A stretch of 64,000 nt of DNA from Bugula neritina (Eukaryota > Animalia > Bryozoa). The stretch covers positions 20,724,628 through 20,788,627 of the forward strand of contig OZ037767.1 in the NCBI GenBank assembly GCA_964035545.1, written 5' to 3'. The notes beneath the pieces were generated by a model. That model worked only from the letters and a program-made list of their open reading frames with translations. It ran no database searches and had not been told where the DNA came from. The position numbers and the translations under genes were made by a program. Below, piece after piece: positions 38,381 through 51,960 of the stretch (positions are counted from its first letter, which is position 1; every line of letters starts with the position of its first letter).

Positions 38381-41300
38381 CTGAAACAAAGCACAGAATA
38401 CTATGAATGTTTCAGTACAAATGGAAGACTCGGAACTGCTCTATTACGTATCTCTAAAATATTTGGAAAGAATGTACAGTGTTTTAGTTTTTGTAGAAAA
38501 CCACATTAGAAAAGACTGAAGAACAATGATGAATGATAGATGAAATCTGCCACTATTTTAATAATGTTTTTGTGCCTAGCTGGTAGAAGGGATGGATTGC
38601 TTCCTAATATAGAAAGATTAATTGTATTAAACAGTAGCCGTGGTTCAAAAACAACCTAGTATATACAATTACAATGATTCAGCTACTGCAGTGATGAAAA
38701 AGATGTAGCGCGGAGAATTGTCATGCCAAATGGGTTGTTAACGCCCAACTGTTAAATTTATTATGTAGGCTTTTTAACGACTTATGTTATTGAAAAGAAC
38801 AGTGACAAATAGAGATGTTCTTCTGTGATGTATTATTACAACTGACCAAGATGAAAATTGTTGACTGACACACATGCTTACCTTCTGCCTTCTGTTGCAG
38901 AACCAGACTCTCACTACTTCTTTCTCCAGCTGTAGAGAGTTTGCCAGATTCCCGATATCTTGAGCAGACGGTTTGCTGTGTTTCTGGAAGTGATTCTCAA
39001 GCACAGATTTTACGCTCACCTCAATACTTGTTCTCTTTTTACGCTTTCTGCCTTGAGTTGTTATTTTGTCAACAGTAGTTGGTGAACCGTTCAAACTATC
39101 TGCCTCATCCAACCATCTTTGTAGCAGAGGTTTCAGTTTGCACATGTTTTTAAAGCTAAGTTGTAAAGCTTCAAACCTGCAGATAGTTGTTTGGGAGAAA
39201 ACATTTCCATAGAGTGTGCCAAGGGCTGTACCGACGTCAGCTTGTGTAAACCCGAGTTTAATTCGCCTCTGTTTGAATTGTTTGGCGAATTGTTCGAGAT
39301 CTTCATTGCTAGGTGCCTCCTCCTCGTAGTGATCTCTATATTCTGGGTAATCTGTGATTGGTGTGTGGTAACTTGTTGGGTTAGATGCTGTCAAGTATGG
39401 GCTGCACTGGGTCCAGGTGTTCATTCCAGCAGCCATTGATGTTGCTGTCCTACAAACACAAACAGTTTTGCTGTTAAAAATGAGTTTCTATTTTTTTAGT
39501 TTGCTAGCAAAAGCATAGATTTTATTAGTTTATTCACCATCTTCATAGAAACAGAGATATTCGAAGGATATTTGTTGACGTATTAGTCTCTACTAAAATA
39601 TGTATCAGCTTTTTAATAAATCATAAAATAACGTTTCAATTGAAGTTTTATTAAAAGCCAAACAATAGCTTGTTAGACTATAATTTGTCCCATTATTTTT
39701 GCAAAAACTGAAAGACTAATTAACTTGTAAATCCTGGAATAGCTGGAGGGCTGATTTATAGACAATATTCTGTTTCAGTTGGTTGGCAAGACAATCAGAG
39801 CTGAAGGCTATCACTGTGCTTACAAAAGGAGCAATTATTTTAATCATCTATCATTTGAAAGTTAATTGTAACAAAGTGCAGAGACCATTTTGTTTTTTTA
39901 TTCTAATTACACTGTTAACCAATAGCTGAAAGCATTCGAATTTTAATGCAGTTGATTTGAGCCAAGGTCTGCCTTCAGTGTCCCGGGGCCCATCTTTTTC
40001 TCCTGTCACTCTTTGCTTGGCCAATCAAAATTTATCAATTGAAAAATAAATTTAATTTGTGTATTTTAGTAATAGTTGTTGCCTGTGGCCACTTGATACG
40101 CTAGACTCTAGACCAGGTTAATTAATTTCTCTCAATTTTAGACCAATATTATAAATGTACTTCAAATTAATGTCGACGACCTTAAAGGCCTTCGTGTGTC
40201 AATAAATGAGAGCTTCTAAACAATAAAAAGAACTGCTATTGAGCTGATCATTTTAACAGGATTTTAAGTACATTTTTATAAAAAAAAGTTCTGTTGCAAT
40301 TGCACTAAAAAGATAAGCATGTAGGCCTACTATAAAACGTCAGGAATTGAATTGTTAACTTGCATGAGATGAAAAGTTTTTGTTTAACTGGAAATGAAAA
40401 TTGTGTCATTTTTATTGGCATGTTAACACGTGAATGAAATTTATGTTCTGGATCTAACTGACAAATAAGAAAATGCAGTTCAAGCTTGCAGTTTGACAGC
40501 CCTTTGTGAAACTGTGATGTCGCAAAACCATTTTTCATTTCTGGCATGGACATTGTTAGATTGATGATTAGGAGCATATGGCTTCGCAATCGTTCAAACC
40601 CATGACTCAGTTTTACCGCTGGAACAACGGGTTTTCTGCCAACAATTAATTTATTTAACAAGAATCGAAGTGTAACACATTTGGTTTTACTGAAACAAGA
40701 TGGCTGACTTCTAGAAGAATTAGTTTCAGTTACATGTAAGTTGAGAAGTTTCTAGAACCTCTCTCTAGAACTCAAAACCTACTATTGCCTAATTTAGGCA
40801 TCACTTGAACTTGTCAAGAATAGAGCAGCTAATTCATAGCCCTTTTAAAGTTTTATGCACAAATTGTACATAAAAACACTTAAAAAATATGTTACATGCT
40901 TGAAAATAAAATTATGGATAAACCTTCGACTGTCATATTGATAAAAATATAATTTTAATACTGCAAGTCTGAAAGCAGTTGAAATGAGAAAATCATGATG
41001 TCTGATTGAAGTTTTAAAAATGAAACCAGAATAATTATTAATTCATACAAATCAATTTAGACATCAAATTTCTAACAATGTTGTTATTTTAACTTATAAT
41101 TTGTGCTTTAATTAATTTAGGGTGTATATGTAGCAGCTGAATTAAAAAGAGACAAAAAATATAATTCTGATGACAACGTTGCGTGTCAACTATGCACTGA
41201 GGCTCTTCATCGCTCTTAATGGACGCACGTCCTTTGTCCTAATAGTCATGATTATCGGAAGTTAAACACTGGTCAATGTTTACAAAAGCTTTTAAATGAT

Positions 41301-42394
41301 GTGAAAAAACAGATAATAATAGGATTTGTCATATGAAACTGCGATTAGTTGTTTTCAATCAATCAATATTTTTTAATACATAATATCATTTCTCCTCTGT
41401 TTTTAGTGATTTTTGGAAAGCTTTACTATAAAAATCATTGGGAAAATTGATAGATAAATAAATAAATAATCCTACACTATATTTTAAGTGCGTATAACAG
41501 TGGGTTGGGTTCAATTAGGTGGATTTTACAACTCGAGCCACAACAAGTATTCTGTCAGACGTTAAGTCAAATGTTACAAGTGCCCCGTGACTCCAGCATG
41601 GATTATACACAGACTAAACCTATGCAAGTCAATATTGATCCCGCTTGTGCTAGTGCAGAGCAAAATGTAAACCAGTTGACAGTGTTTACTTTTAGCCTGT
41701 GTGTACTTGCTATGGTCTTTAGCTTTTCAATAACACAGGCCAGCAATGCTAAAATTGCTGAGAAATGTTCAACCAAAATCTCTGACCAAACGATACAGCG
41801 GGAGAGCTGGTGATCTTACAGTGAAATGAAAGACAAAATAAAACGGAATTCATCCATGAAATAATTGTTTATAAAAACAATTTTAAAAACAATTAAGATA
41901 ATTTTTTTATATATCCAAACTTAATTTTTTTCTAAAAGTATCAATTCTATATTCTTATAATTTTAACCAGCTCGACGTTTTAAAATAATCTTAGATAGAA
42001 AAACTCTACATAGAGGTTGAGCCTTACTGTATAATGAAAGGATTTCTAAGGTAATAGGCAGAAACACATACCTGTAGTCAAGCTGCTCTGGTTTAACAAT
42101 TTGTCCGATGCCTAGCCCGGTCGGGTGAGCTCCATACCAAGTGTTGCTAGAGTTTGCTGTCGCAGTAGCTGGCCAGTTTGCTGCCAAAGCGTCATATTTA
42201 AATGGTGAAGGCCACATGTTATATGCAGCAGCAGTAGCACTTCCACTGGTGATATTGTCGTAGGCCTTAGTTGAGTCGTAGATCTTGGCATGGTCGTATG
42301 CATGCGCTTGAGGAGCCATTCCTTGCTGTCCACTGTACATAGTACCAACAGAAGATGCAGAGAGATAATGGTTTGGTAGAGCTACCGTAGACAT
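37772..42394 (-). CDS. POU3: Class III POU domain transcription factor (Brn1/Brn2/Oct6/vvl family), 3 exons, about 499 aa
   Basis: Join(-) 42394-42072, 39449-38882, 38380-37772 = 1500 nt. POU-specific domain [24 protein letters not shown]...[13 protein letters not shown], class III linker ([12 protein letters not shown]), homeodomain [14 protein letters not shown]...[16 protein letters not shown]-terminus [12 protein letters not shown] resembles POU3 MATAASNHY. Confidence 0.93.
38882..39449 (-). CDS. POU3: POU3 exon 2 (POU-specific domain, linker, most of the homeodomain)
   Basis: TTTGTAG acceptor; AAG|GTAAGC donor after NRRQK. Confidence 0.95.
42072..42394 (-). CDS. POU3: POU3 exon 1 (Ala/Tyr-rich N-terminal region)
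   Basis: ATG at 42394; donor TACAG|GTATGT, phase 2, matching exon 2. Confidence 0.85.
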
Positions 42395-42459
42395 TACTGT
42401 GTCTTGGTCGTCTTAATCTCTCCACTGATAACTTTTATTTGAGCACAAGCCTCATATTT

Positions 42460-42605
42460 TCAATCTAATATATAAATTGAAAGACGGCTTCTAATTGGAC
42501 ATCGCAAAGCTCAACTCTCCTGCGTAGTTATAGCAACCAATAACACTCTGTTGAATACCATTTGAGCAGTTGTGTGAAAATGTTGCACATTTCCTATTGG
42601 CTGTT
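42460..42605 (-). promoter_or_regulatory. Candidate POU3 proximal promoter
   Basis: TATATAT (42474-42468, - strand) about 75 nt upstream of the ATG; CCAAT boxes near 42496, 42539 and 42598. Confidence 0.4.
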
Positions 42606-45600
42606 GTTGAGTTATTTCGTAAAGAAACAATTTAATTTCTAAAGGTTCTTTATTAAAGATGAGTTGTTAAGATATTGTGATATCAGCTACCATATCATAT
42701 CAGAATTATTTATTGTAAAGCACTATTGTGTAGATTACATAACGTAGTTCACTTTAATCTGTATTATTTATTGATATGAAAGAACATTTATTTTTCAGAC
42801 TTATGAGTTGAACCTTTATTCAATGTTAAGATTTATTACCTTGACAAAGGTTGTTGTGACATGTTGAAGAGCATATATTGCAATTAAAAAATATCCGCCA
42901 TTCAATGCGTTACATAATGACTAGGCGACCAGCCTGGGAAATTGCTGAAATACTAGTCAAAGACTAAGAGTCTGTCAGTAGAATTAACTATCAACTTGTT
43001 AAACTCTGATTATTGCAGAAAATATGACTTAAAGACTATATAAATTACAGATTAACTGACTTTGCATCAGTTTGTACTTCATAACTGCTTCTAATCATAG
43101 GCGAACAAAGAAATATTAAATATATGAAGTTTTAGTTTGGAAATGATAAATTATCAATATTCTTGTCGCTTTGTCACGTGAATATCTGTTATATACTTTA
43201 TTCAGTCAAACAGGCTTAATACAATTTTGGACAACCTGTTTATTTGCTAAATGTTTGAAATCTTTAATCTTTTAGTTTAAAGATTGCCATTTTTATTACT
43301 GTATAGAAAGCAGTAGTGTCCAAAGAAGTTTATATCGATGTAAGATTTTAATAAAGTTATTCTTTTACTAAAAGTGAAATATGCAAAAAAATGATATTGG
43401 TTTCATCAGTGTTTATAGAAAGCAGAAATAGCCCGATATAGTCTGCAGTTAGAACTTTCTAGTGAAGGGAGGGGTTCTCACAGGTTCTCAGTAGATTTGC
43501 ACTACATTCAGGCTAAGGACTTAGAATCTACTATTAGACAAACCGCAGCCAGATCAAGAATAGGCTGCATCATAGCTGATGAGGTCTGCCGATAGGTCAA
43601 AGGTTGAAGCCCATGATATTTTACTTCATTTATCTTATCTTCTATGCTATGAAATTCTAAATTACTTCTTATTGTGTTACATTATTTCAATATTGCGTTT
43701 TTCACACTTGACATACAAGTGCATGTGACAACTTGACTTGCCTACGTAAGTTCTCATAATTTATATCTATTACGTTGAGCCGTTTAACAAAAGCATAAAA
43801 TAATTTAAAACTCTCATTTGTTACTTTTTATAGTACTTTGCCAAAATTTTAACCCATAACTCACAGAAACAAAAACGCTATGGCATAAAAGCTGGTACGA
43901 TGTGCTTATTAAAAACATTTAGATTTTCAATTTTTTGTGTCTACATTTTTCTGTTTAGTAATGGGATATATTCATTCTATTTTTTCCTTGGCTGTAAAGG
44001 TGTGGATATTAATTTACCGGTATATTAAAGATATTTCGTATGTTCATGAATTATTTAAGAGATTGAATTTTTATTTTTACTGCCAAAATTCATAGCCACT
44101 GTCTTGTTCTAACAAATTAGCTGTATGGTCACTACTGCCAAATAAATTTAGACGTAAATTTTGCATAATTGATAAACTGTTTAGTTCAGATTTGTTTTTT
44201 TATAAAAGCTAATAGTTTGATCAGGCATTGTTTTCATGATTATTTGAATCTCTTTGGCTCTGCAATTGAGGCTGGTATCGCTTCACGCCAGTTGAGGCGC
44301 CTCTAACTTGGGCCGAGGCCAATCGATGCTGAAAATAAATACACCTGTTTCGCTATTTCCTGCTGCGATACGTCAACCCAAGGGAGTCTACTGGACAGCT
44401 TTGTGAGAACCACAATATACACTATTTCGGGGAAAACTATCAATTTTGAATATTTATTTAAAAACAGATGCAAATAACGTTTTTTAGTATAAAAAACTGT
44501 TACAATTTTTTTCTCTTCTGACAGCCAAGATATTGCAGAGTCTGACTTTAAAGCTAGCTTATGTTATCTATTTTTACTTTAACAAATTATAGAAATAAAT
44601 TAAATTTGAGAAAAGCTAAAAGCAGAAACTAAAATGAAAAGCTGTTAACTTTTCAGGCTACGTACACTATTCACTGAGCTCTTCTGTACACAACACGGAT
44701 CTCTTCTAATTGCTTATTTCTGGTCCAGCAACTAGAGTTAATATTTTTAATGATGCAATAATAAATGTAAAGCTAAATCAAATTTGCATAATTATGAGAA
44801 GCCGGTGAATAATAAATTGTAAATGTTTGCTTTTAGAATTTAATGGAGAGTTGACAACTCCATCAAGTTTCAGAAACTGCGAGTTTATTCTACATGCCTA
44901 TTCAAAGAGAGATATAATAGTGAAGTTAGGCGAACAGACATCAGCAAGTAAAATAATTTGAAATTTTATTTCATATTATTTTATTAAAGTTCTGGACCAA
45001 TATTTAAACAGGACAGCAATTTCAAATAGCAACATTTTTTAAATAATGGAGACTAGGCATGCATTTAATAATATCAGCCATTCACAGAACTTGTAAAACA
45101 TTTCCATGAAATAGTTCATTCATTGTTACCTGCTTTGTATTCACATTGAAAGACTAATCCATCACTTTGACTAGCAGACAGCATATTTTAATAAGTTATA
45201 TAATATAATACTCGTTACGAGTTGGTCAAAGTGTCAGAGTGGCTGCTGGCCCGATATCCTGGCTCCAGAGAGGGTTCCTGTCACTTCCAAATGTAGTTCA
45301 CTCTTGAGTTTATACTCGCTACTCATTACCGCTCTAATAGCCTGTTGTGTGCATAAATTTCCATGATAAACAGTTAGAAGGGGAAGCCATAACCTCATGT
45401 CTCCAAATATATCAGTGTTGGTGAGTCAGAGAGATATTTATAACTTTCTGACCAAAACTCGTCAAGTTTCCTATTTGTTTCTAGTGTCTTCTACTACCAT
45501 GTTTGTGGTTAAACAGAACTCGCTAACTGGTCTCATGATATTTCCACATGCAGACAGGTGTTTGGCTCCTGGTTTCAGTCTACACTGTTTCTCAAACATG

Positions 45601-48600
45601 AAAACTCTTTACATATGATCGTAAACCTGAATAAGAATATTTATACAAGAAGTAGTTACGTGAATAGAGGATAAAGATCTTGCTATGTGTACCAAGTTTT
45701 GCTCTTTCTATTGAAGATGTTAGGATAGTTTTACAGGCCTTGAAGCTTTGGTAGCTTTACAAGGATCTGGTAGTTTTACACATCATAAGTTTCTCATGCT
45801 AACCTCTGGTTCTTAACTTCAATGCTAGAAGATCTTCTTACATAATCCTGAAATTATTCAGTGCATAACATCAATTATTTATTAATTTTTAAAATTGACA
45901 TTTAATAATAATTAGCATTTGTAAGTGCAGTCTATGAAACTGCATTATAATTACGGTTATCAATTTTCATATGTATTTTACACCTTGGTACATAAGTTTT
46001 ATACTTTGGTTTATAATTACCATAATTCATTATAATGCTGTTTCAAGACAGGTAATTATTATATAACAGCTAAATCTTTCAATTATTGTGTAAAGATTAT
46101 TATTGCTAGTTGACTGTCGAAGATTAGCACCAAGAATAGGTTAGTAGAGGTGTTGGAAAGATTAAAAATAAATTAAAACAAGTGTCTGTAATTCTTCATG
46201 AAAGCAATTAGTGGTCTTAACACCCTCATCCACAGCTTGCTTCTACTCCATTGATTCAGGAGGGGATAATACCTGCATATATGCTATTGTTTGCTGCACT
46301 AACAGAACCAATTTCTAGCGATTAGCAATTAGCAATTTATTCGTTTACATTTAGATTGTTTATTGCACTTTTGTAAAAAAAGTATTTCTATTTAAGATGT
46401 TCTGATTTTTATTGAAATAAAAACTACTTTTGAGTTATCGCATAAACTCGAAACCGAAACTTATATTTTAGATTGACTTGTAGCTGCATGGATATAGTTT
46501 ATTTTTTGCTAATGAATGAAACCTGAGCATTGGTGGTAGTCGATTATACAAAATGCCCTGGAAGTATCGCTTCAGAGAGCAAATTGCGAGCTACAGGACT
46601 ATATCAATTTCTAACAATAGGCTTTTGCGGTAGTTGTTGTGATAAATTTAGTTTTAAAAGAAGGGCGGTGTACTAATTTGGTAAGACTCTTAGCATGAAG
46701 TATTTCCTTTGGTTAGGGCGTGAGGTTATTAAACTATTATTAATTTGACCAAGTTGGCAAACAGCTCATCGTTCTATGAGCACCCCATTTACAGTTTAAC
46801 AGCATATTCTAATAGTTCCAACTTCCAGCGTGGAAAGTAGCTTTATTATGCCCAGTTATCATCTTGTTCTTATGTTCTCATTACTAAAACTTTGGGCTTT
46901 TCTTGATTACCTACTTTTTCTCAGACGTCTGAATTGCACAATCTCTCATCATATTTCCATTTTTTGTCTCTCACTGTTTCTCTCTGTTTTTCTGTTTCTC
47001 ACCTTTACTAATTATTTGTCTTGTATTTTGTACTTTTCGATTTAGCTTTTTATAAAAGTTACTGCTTCAAATTATTGAGAAACTATTTAAAACTGAGAGT
47101 GGGTCCAGTTGATGCCAAAGATATTGGCTATTTTACTAAAGGAGATGTAATCTGCAGTGAGTTCGCTGCTGCAGTAAGCCACTCTGGAGAAACAGCAGGT
47201 GTTTCTAAGGAAGAGAGTAGTGATGGCTACACACCCAGCTTAGCATGCCGCTGCTGGAAGCAGATCTTAAAACTGGTGCTTACAGCCTCTGCTGGCTTAA
47301 CTATAAGATATGATGGCTGAGTTCTATTTGAAAAAAACTAATGTAAAAATTAATTTAATTTTGTGGCTCATTTAAATGGCATTTTGTTTGGACAGGTTTC
47401 TCGGTCTCTATTCCACATGTAGAATATCTGCAGAGTAAATTTTCACACGTTGTTTTGGTGTTAGATCAGAAGAAATGAGGTTAGCTGTTGTCAAATTTTT
47501 CCAGTGTGTGAATCCATTATTTATGGCTCAGTGACACTAACAGTCCTTGTGAAATTGTTTAATCATTTTCTCCCCATCAAACAGAAAATTTCCTACAAAA
47601 ACCTGTTTCAACAGCTTTTATGTAAATGTTTTTTATTCTAGTTTTTGCATAACAAATAATTGATTAGTATATTGCTAATTAGTAAACTAGGTAAAAGGCA
47701 GCTGTAAGATAATTGTATCGATATCGCTATCACATGACACATTTAGGTGATATAAATTAAACGCTTTGTAACAGTCAGATATAATTACCTTCTAATAGAA
47801 AGACTTGGCTAAATGATGAAGGAGAAAAGCAAATACCAGCCATAGGCAAGGACGGAGTCATTTTCAAAGTAAGGCTTCATTGGAAACTAATTTATAGCTG
47901 ATTGATTATTATATATAAACTGATTAGACAAACATATTCTTTAGAATAGAGCAAATTAATTCCGTTACAGATAACTTGACAAAAAATATGCTGAATAAAC
48001 TGCAGCCTTATAACATTTGGCAGGGAAATTGAAATATTCACAACAGTTTCTGCTTGGGATGGGTTTGCCAGCATTGATTGTTGGTCAACATAAACAAAGC
48101 ATTATAGCAGTTTAGTATGTGTAGAAAATTGTTTTTAGTTCTGCTGTTCGGCTTTAACAGTTACTTGCTTGAGAAACACATAAAACATAGTCTAAATACT
48201 TCAAAGGTGATGCATATGTTACAAGATTGTAGCTAACATAAAGCAACGAATACTTTTGGATATATATATAACCCAATAGCATATTTTTATCTTTTCAATT
48301 TGATTAACATTAAACATACAAGGATTTCATTTTTTTTAACTTAGAAATTATTAACTAGCTGAATTTTTTGGCTAGCAAGAAACTGTTTTCTTTCAGAATT
48401 TCAGTTAATGCTTTTTTTTACAAGACTTTGCATCTGAAGACAATTAGAGCAATAAATTATATTGATAGATGTTCAGGTTGATAATTATTAAATCTTTTTG
48501 GACAGAACAAATTCATATTTGAAAACTTTACAATTATTCTTTCATAGATGAAATCTCTTTTCGCTGATTACACAAAATAATACTTTTTACTCGTTACTTC

Positions 48601-49090
48601 TAGAACTGACGAAACTCAGGAAGCCAACTGGAAGCTGTTTGGAGCCAAGTAAGGTTGGCTGCTGTATGACCTTGACTAGCAGACTATTAGCTGTACCCAA
48701 CAGCTTGGTTTCTTCAGAAGTAGGACGGAGGGTGCTTATACGTCTGCAACTGTCATTATTTATTCCAGGTACATGTACTAGCTTATGTTTCAGTACCAAA
48801 TCTCTGTACCAAATGTTGAGATTTGTCCAAAAACACTCTAAGGGAAGTTGGGTTTCAGGAGCCCGTTAGGTGGATAAAATTCTGAGATGTTTCCAGATTT
48901 TTGTTGACAGGAAGGGTGGTGCTGTGCCAGTCCCATAAAAACCTAATCCAGATAATCAAACTCAGCTATAACTTATTGTGCTTCAACTATCCACTCGCCA
49001 ATTGATGTCTGATGTTGAAATTAATTAGAAGAATTTTTTTGCAAAACTTTTAAATTTGATGTTAGAAATTAGCAAATAAATATGTCTTTT

Positions 49091-49288
49091 TTACCTGCAC
49101 AGTATAAGTAAAAGTTATGCTTATTACCTGCACAATATATGTGATGGTGTTACCTTTTACCTGCACAATATGAATAATGGTGATACCTTTTACCTGCACA
49201 ATATAAGTAATGGCTATACCTTTTACCTGCACAATATAAGTAATGGTTATACTGTTTACCTGCACAATAAGAGTAATGGTTATACCTT
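49091..49288 (-). repeat. 33-bp minisatellite, 6 copies (minus-strand unit AAGGTATAACCATTACTTATATTGTGCAGGTAA)
   Basis: TTACCTGCAC at 49091, 49124, 49157, 49190, 49223, 49256. Confidence 0.92.
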
Positions 49289-51013
49289 CAAAGGTGAGCC
49301 TCATTTTTAGGAACATAATCAGATCAAATCCCAGGTCAGTTTCAGGGCATGTGATTAAAAGCTTTTGTGTTTATATTCTGTGTATATAACAAATCTCATG
49401 TGATGTTATGGTTAGAACAAGTGAATTGCATAATGAGTTGAAGATACAGATTGGCAGGTGTTAAGGTTAATGGTTTAGTGGTTCTTTCTTTATAAATTAA
49501 TGTAAATTGAACCACCCATGTGAGTTACTGCTATTTTAAAATAGCACTGCAAGACTATTGAATGTCTTTTTCTTAAAACAAGCCACTAAAACTACTAAAA
49601 TATTAAAAGTTCTTTTTTAACTATTAAGTTGTGTCACAGAACATATTGGGGTGTCCTTCATATTGCAAACTGTTATAAAATGCCATAAAATACACGGCCT
49701 GGCAAAGCAAACAAGTTTGACTTCTGCAAAGCAAAATTTACCGAATAAGTTTTGAAGCTAAGCATGTTTGCAGGTCACACGCTTAGCTTTGATGAACTTT
49801 ATAAATATGTCAGAAATGAATAAATTGAATAAAAAATACTTGTGATTGACTTTTGCTGATAGGCTAAATCATCATTCGGTTACAATCTTTTAAATTTAAA
49901 TTTAATAATGACGCTTATATAAATTTAATTACAGCATGTTGTTATACTCAGTACATGAAAATAATTATTATTTGCATATAAATTATGCTACTAGTCCAAT
50001 TAAATATGCCATATGGTTAAGTACCAGTTATCATATTGACCCTCTCTATAACTTTCTGTAACCTCACTCGCTGCACGTATTTTGCCAAAAACCTTTTCCT
50101 GTGGTAAAGCTGGAACCTCAAAATAACAAGCCGCCTAGCAGTATGGAGTGCACTCTCAACTATTAACCACCAAACTACATGTTCACATATCTGTTGAAGT
50201 CTTTTCACAAGTGTTACCCAAGTTTTGGTAACTGAGCCTAGTTATACATTGCCTTACATATGGTGGCAAAAAAGATATGGATGCCTAGATGGAGCTGGAG
50301 ACGATGAAGATTTCTTCATAATCATTTACTCTCCCCCAGTTACACCTCAGATTTATTGAACTTCACTTTCATCACCTGAGGCACTTGGTTTCACTTTCAA
50401 ACTGGCAGGTCTATAATTTCAACAACTCCAATAACCAGCTTACACTATTAATCTTGTAAACTTATATTATATTCTAGAAAAAACATTAGATTTGATTGCT
50501 TTACAAATTGCATGATGGTATGCAATGAATCACAATAGGCAAAGGCACTTATACAAAATAAATGTGGCAAGATTTATTTGAAATTGATTAAAACAAAAAA
50601 GCAACAGTAGCTGAAAGTTAATAGAGTGTTACAAATTGAGTTTTTTGTGGTGAAAAAATATAGAAAGGTTTAAAGAAACCAACCAACAGAGCAGGCATGT
50701 AATAAGCTGAGGGTTGAAATGGTGTAAGGGTGGGTAGTATTCTTATAGCTAAAGCCATTTAGTCACACACACATATCACTCTAGCTTCATTTACAGCAAC
50801 CATCAGCCATGTTGGATTTCTGCTGACTACCAGAAAATATTTGAAGTAAACCTGTTTGGGAATATTACAATAAAATGTTAAATTCGATAATAATGGTAAT
50901 TAATTATTAAATATTAATTATTAATGAGAAGAAATGCTAATTAATTGTGAGAATGAAAATGAGAAAAATGCACCAATGCCCCTATATCCAACCCTCTCTC
51001 TGTTTCTATACCC

Positions 51014-51116
<103 letters not shown>

Positions 51117-51149
51117 ATACTTATGCTCCCAATATCTACCTTAAAATAT

Positions 51150-51330
51150 ACCAAAACCTACCTACCTTATAATTATTATACCCATGCAGTACCTACTTCA
51201 TATACACCTAATACCTACCTTATATACACCCATGCAGTACCTACTTCATATACAACTAATACCTACCTTATATACACCCAATACCTATCATATACACATC
51301 AAATACCTATCTTATATACACCCAATATGT
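51150..51330. repeat. 48-bp tandem duplication within a degenerate TACCTA repeat
   Basis: CCCATGCAGTACCTACTTCATATACA at 51181 and 51229. Confidence 0.8.
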
Positions 51331-51649
51331 ACGAACATTTTTAATAAGCATGCTTTTCAACAAATATGTTGATAAATTTACCAAATACCAACAGTGAGTA
51401 TAGTAACAATGTAACAAAACTTATGGTTACTTCCACTGATGATTGCACTTTATGTAGAATTTTGTTTCAACTTGAAGTGTAGAGCAGCCAAAACCAGGTA
51501 GCAATAGTGACTTTGTAACGACTGACATGGCGTGTTGGGATTTCTTTCAAAGCAGGTTCCAGCGGAGAAGGCTTTATTTTTATTTCGAAAATTTTGGTGA
51601 GTTACTCGCTGTACAGTTCTAAACACAAAATGGAGGTCTGCTACGTTTA

Positions 51650-51960
51650 CAGGTGAACCAGGATGTTTCCAGTTTCCTCGAGTTTCTGCCTGCCAATGTC
51701 AACTGAAGGTTTGGCACCCTGTTACATCCTGGTGAGTCTGACAAGGAAGACTGGTTACTCATTGGAGACACTTGGTAGCGGCTACTCGCCGCCAATGGTG
51801 GACGTAGAATTCACCGCTTTTATATTGCTTCACAACCTTTCTATTTCCAGCATTTCTGTTCTGAAACATCCCCTGCTATAAGATATTTTCCGAAGTGAAA
51901 TTCGAACTTGAGACTTCTGGCTTGCAAGCTGGCGTGTTACCATTACACCATACAACAGGG
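51650..51960 (-). mobile_element. Probable tRNA-headed SINE, family B
   Basis: Minus-strand head TGGTGTAATGG (A box) ... CTTGCAAG ... AAGTTCGAAT (B box), no intact cloverleaf, then a GC-richer body; single copy here; 3' end approximate. Confidence 0.55.

Noticed and set aside
38774-39436. 220-aa ORF as a complete intronless POU protein
   Set aside because: The homeodomain breaks at RQK with a GTAAGC donor and resumes as EKRM at 38380; an upstream exon supplies the family-like N-terminus.
39191-39439. Plus-strand 82-aa ORF
   Set aside because: Antisense shadow of POU3 exon 2.
49062-49316. 84-aa ORF with an 11-aa repeat (ITYIVQVKG)
   Set aside because: Open only because the 33-bp unit is a multiple of three; no other coding evidence.
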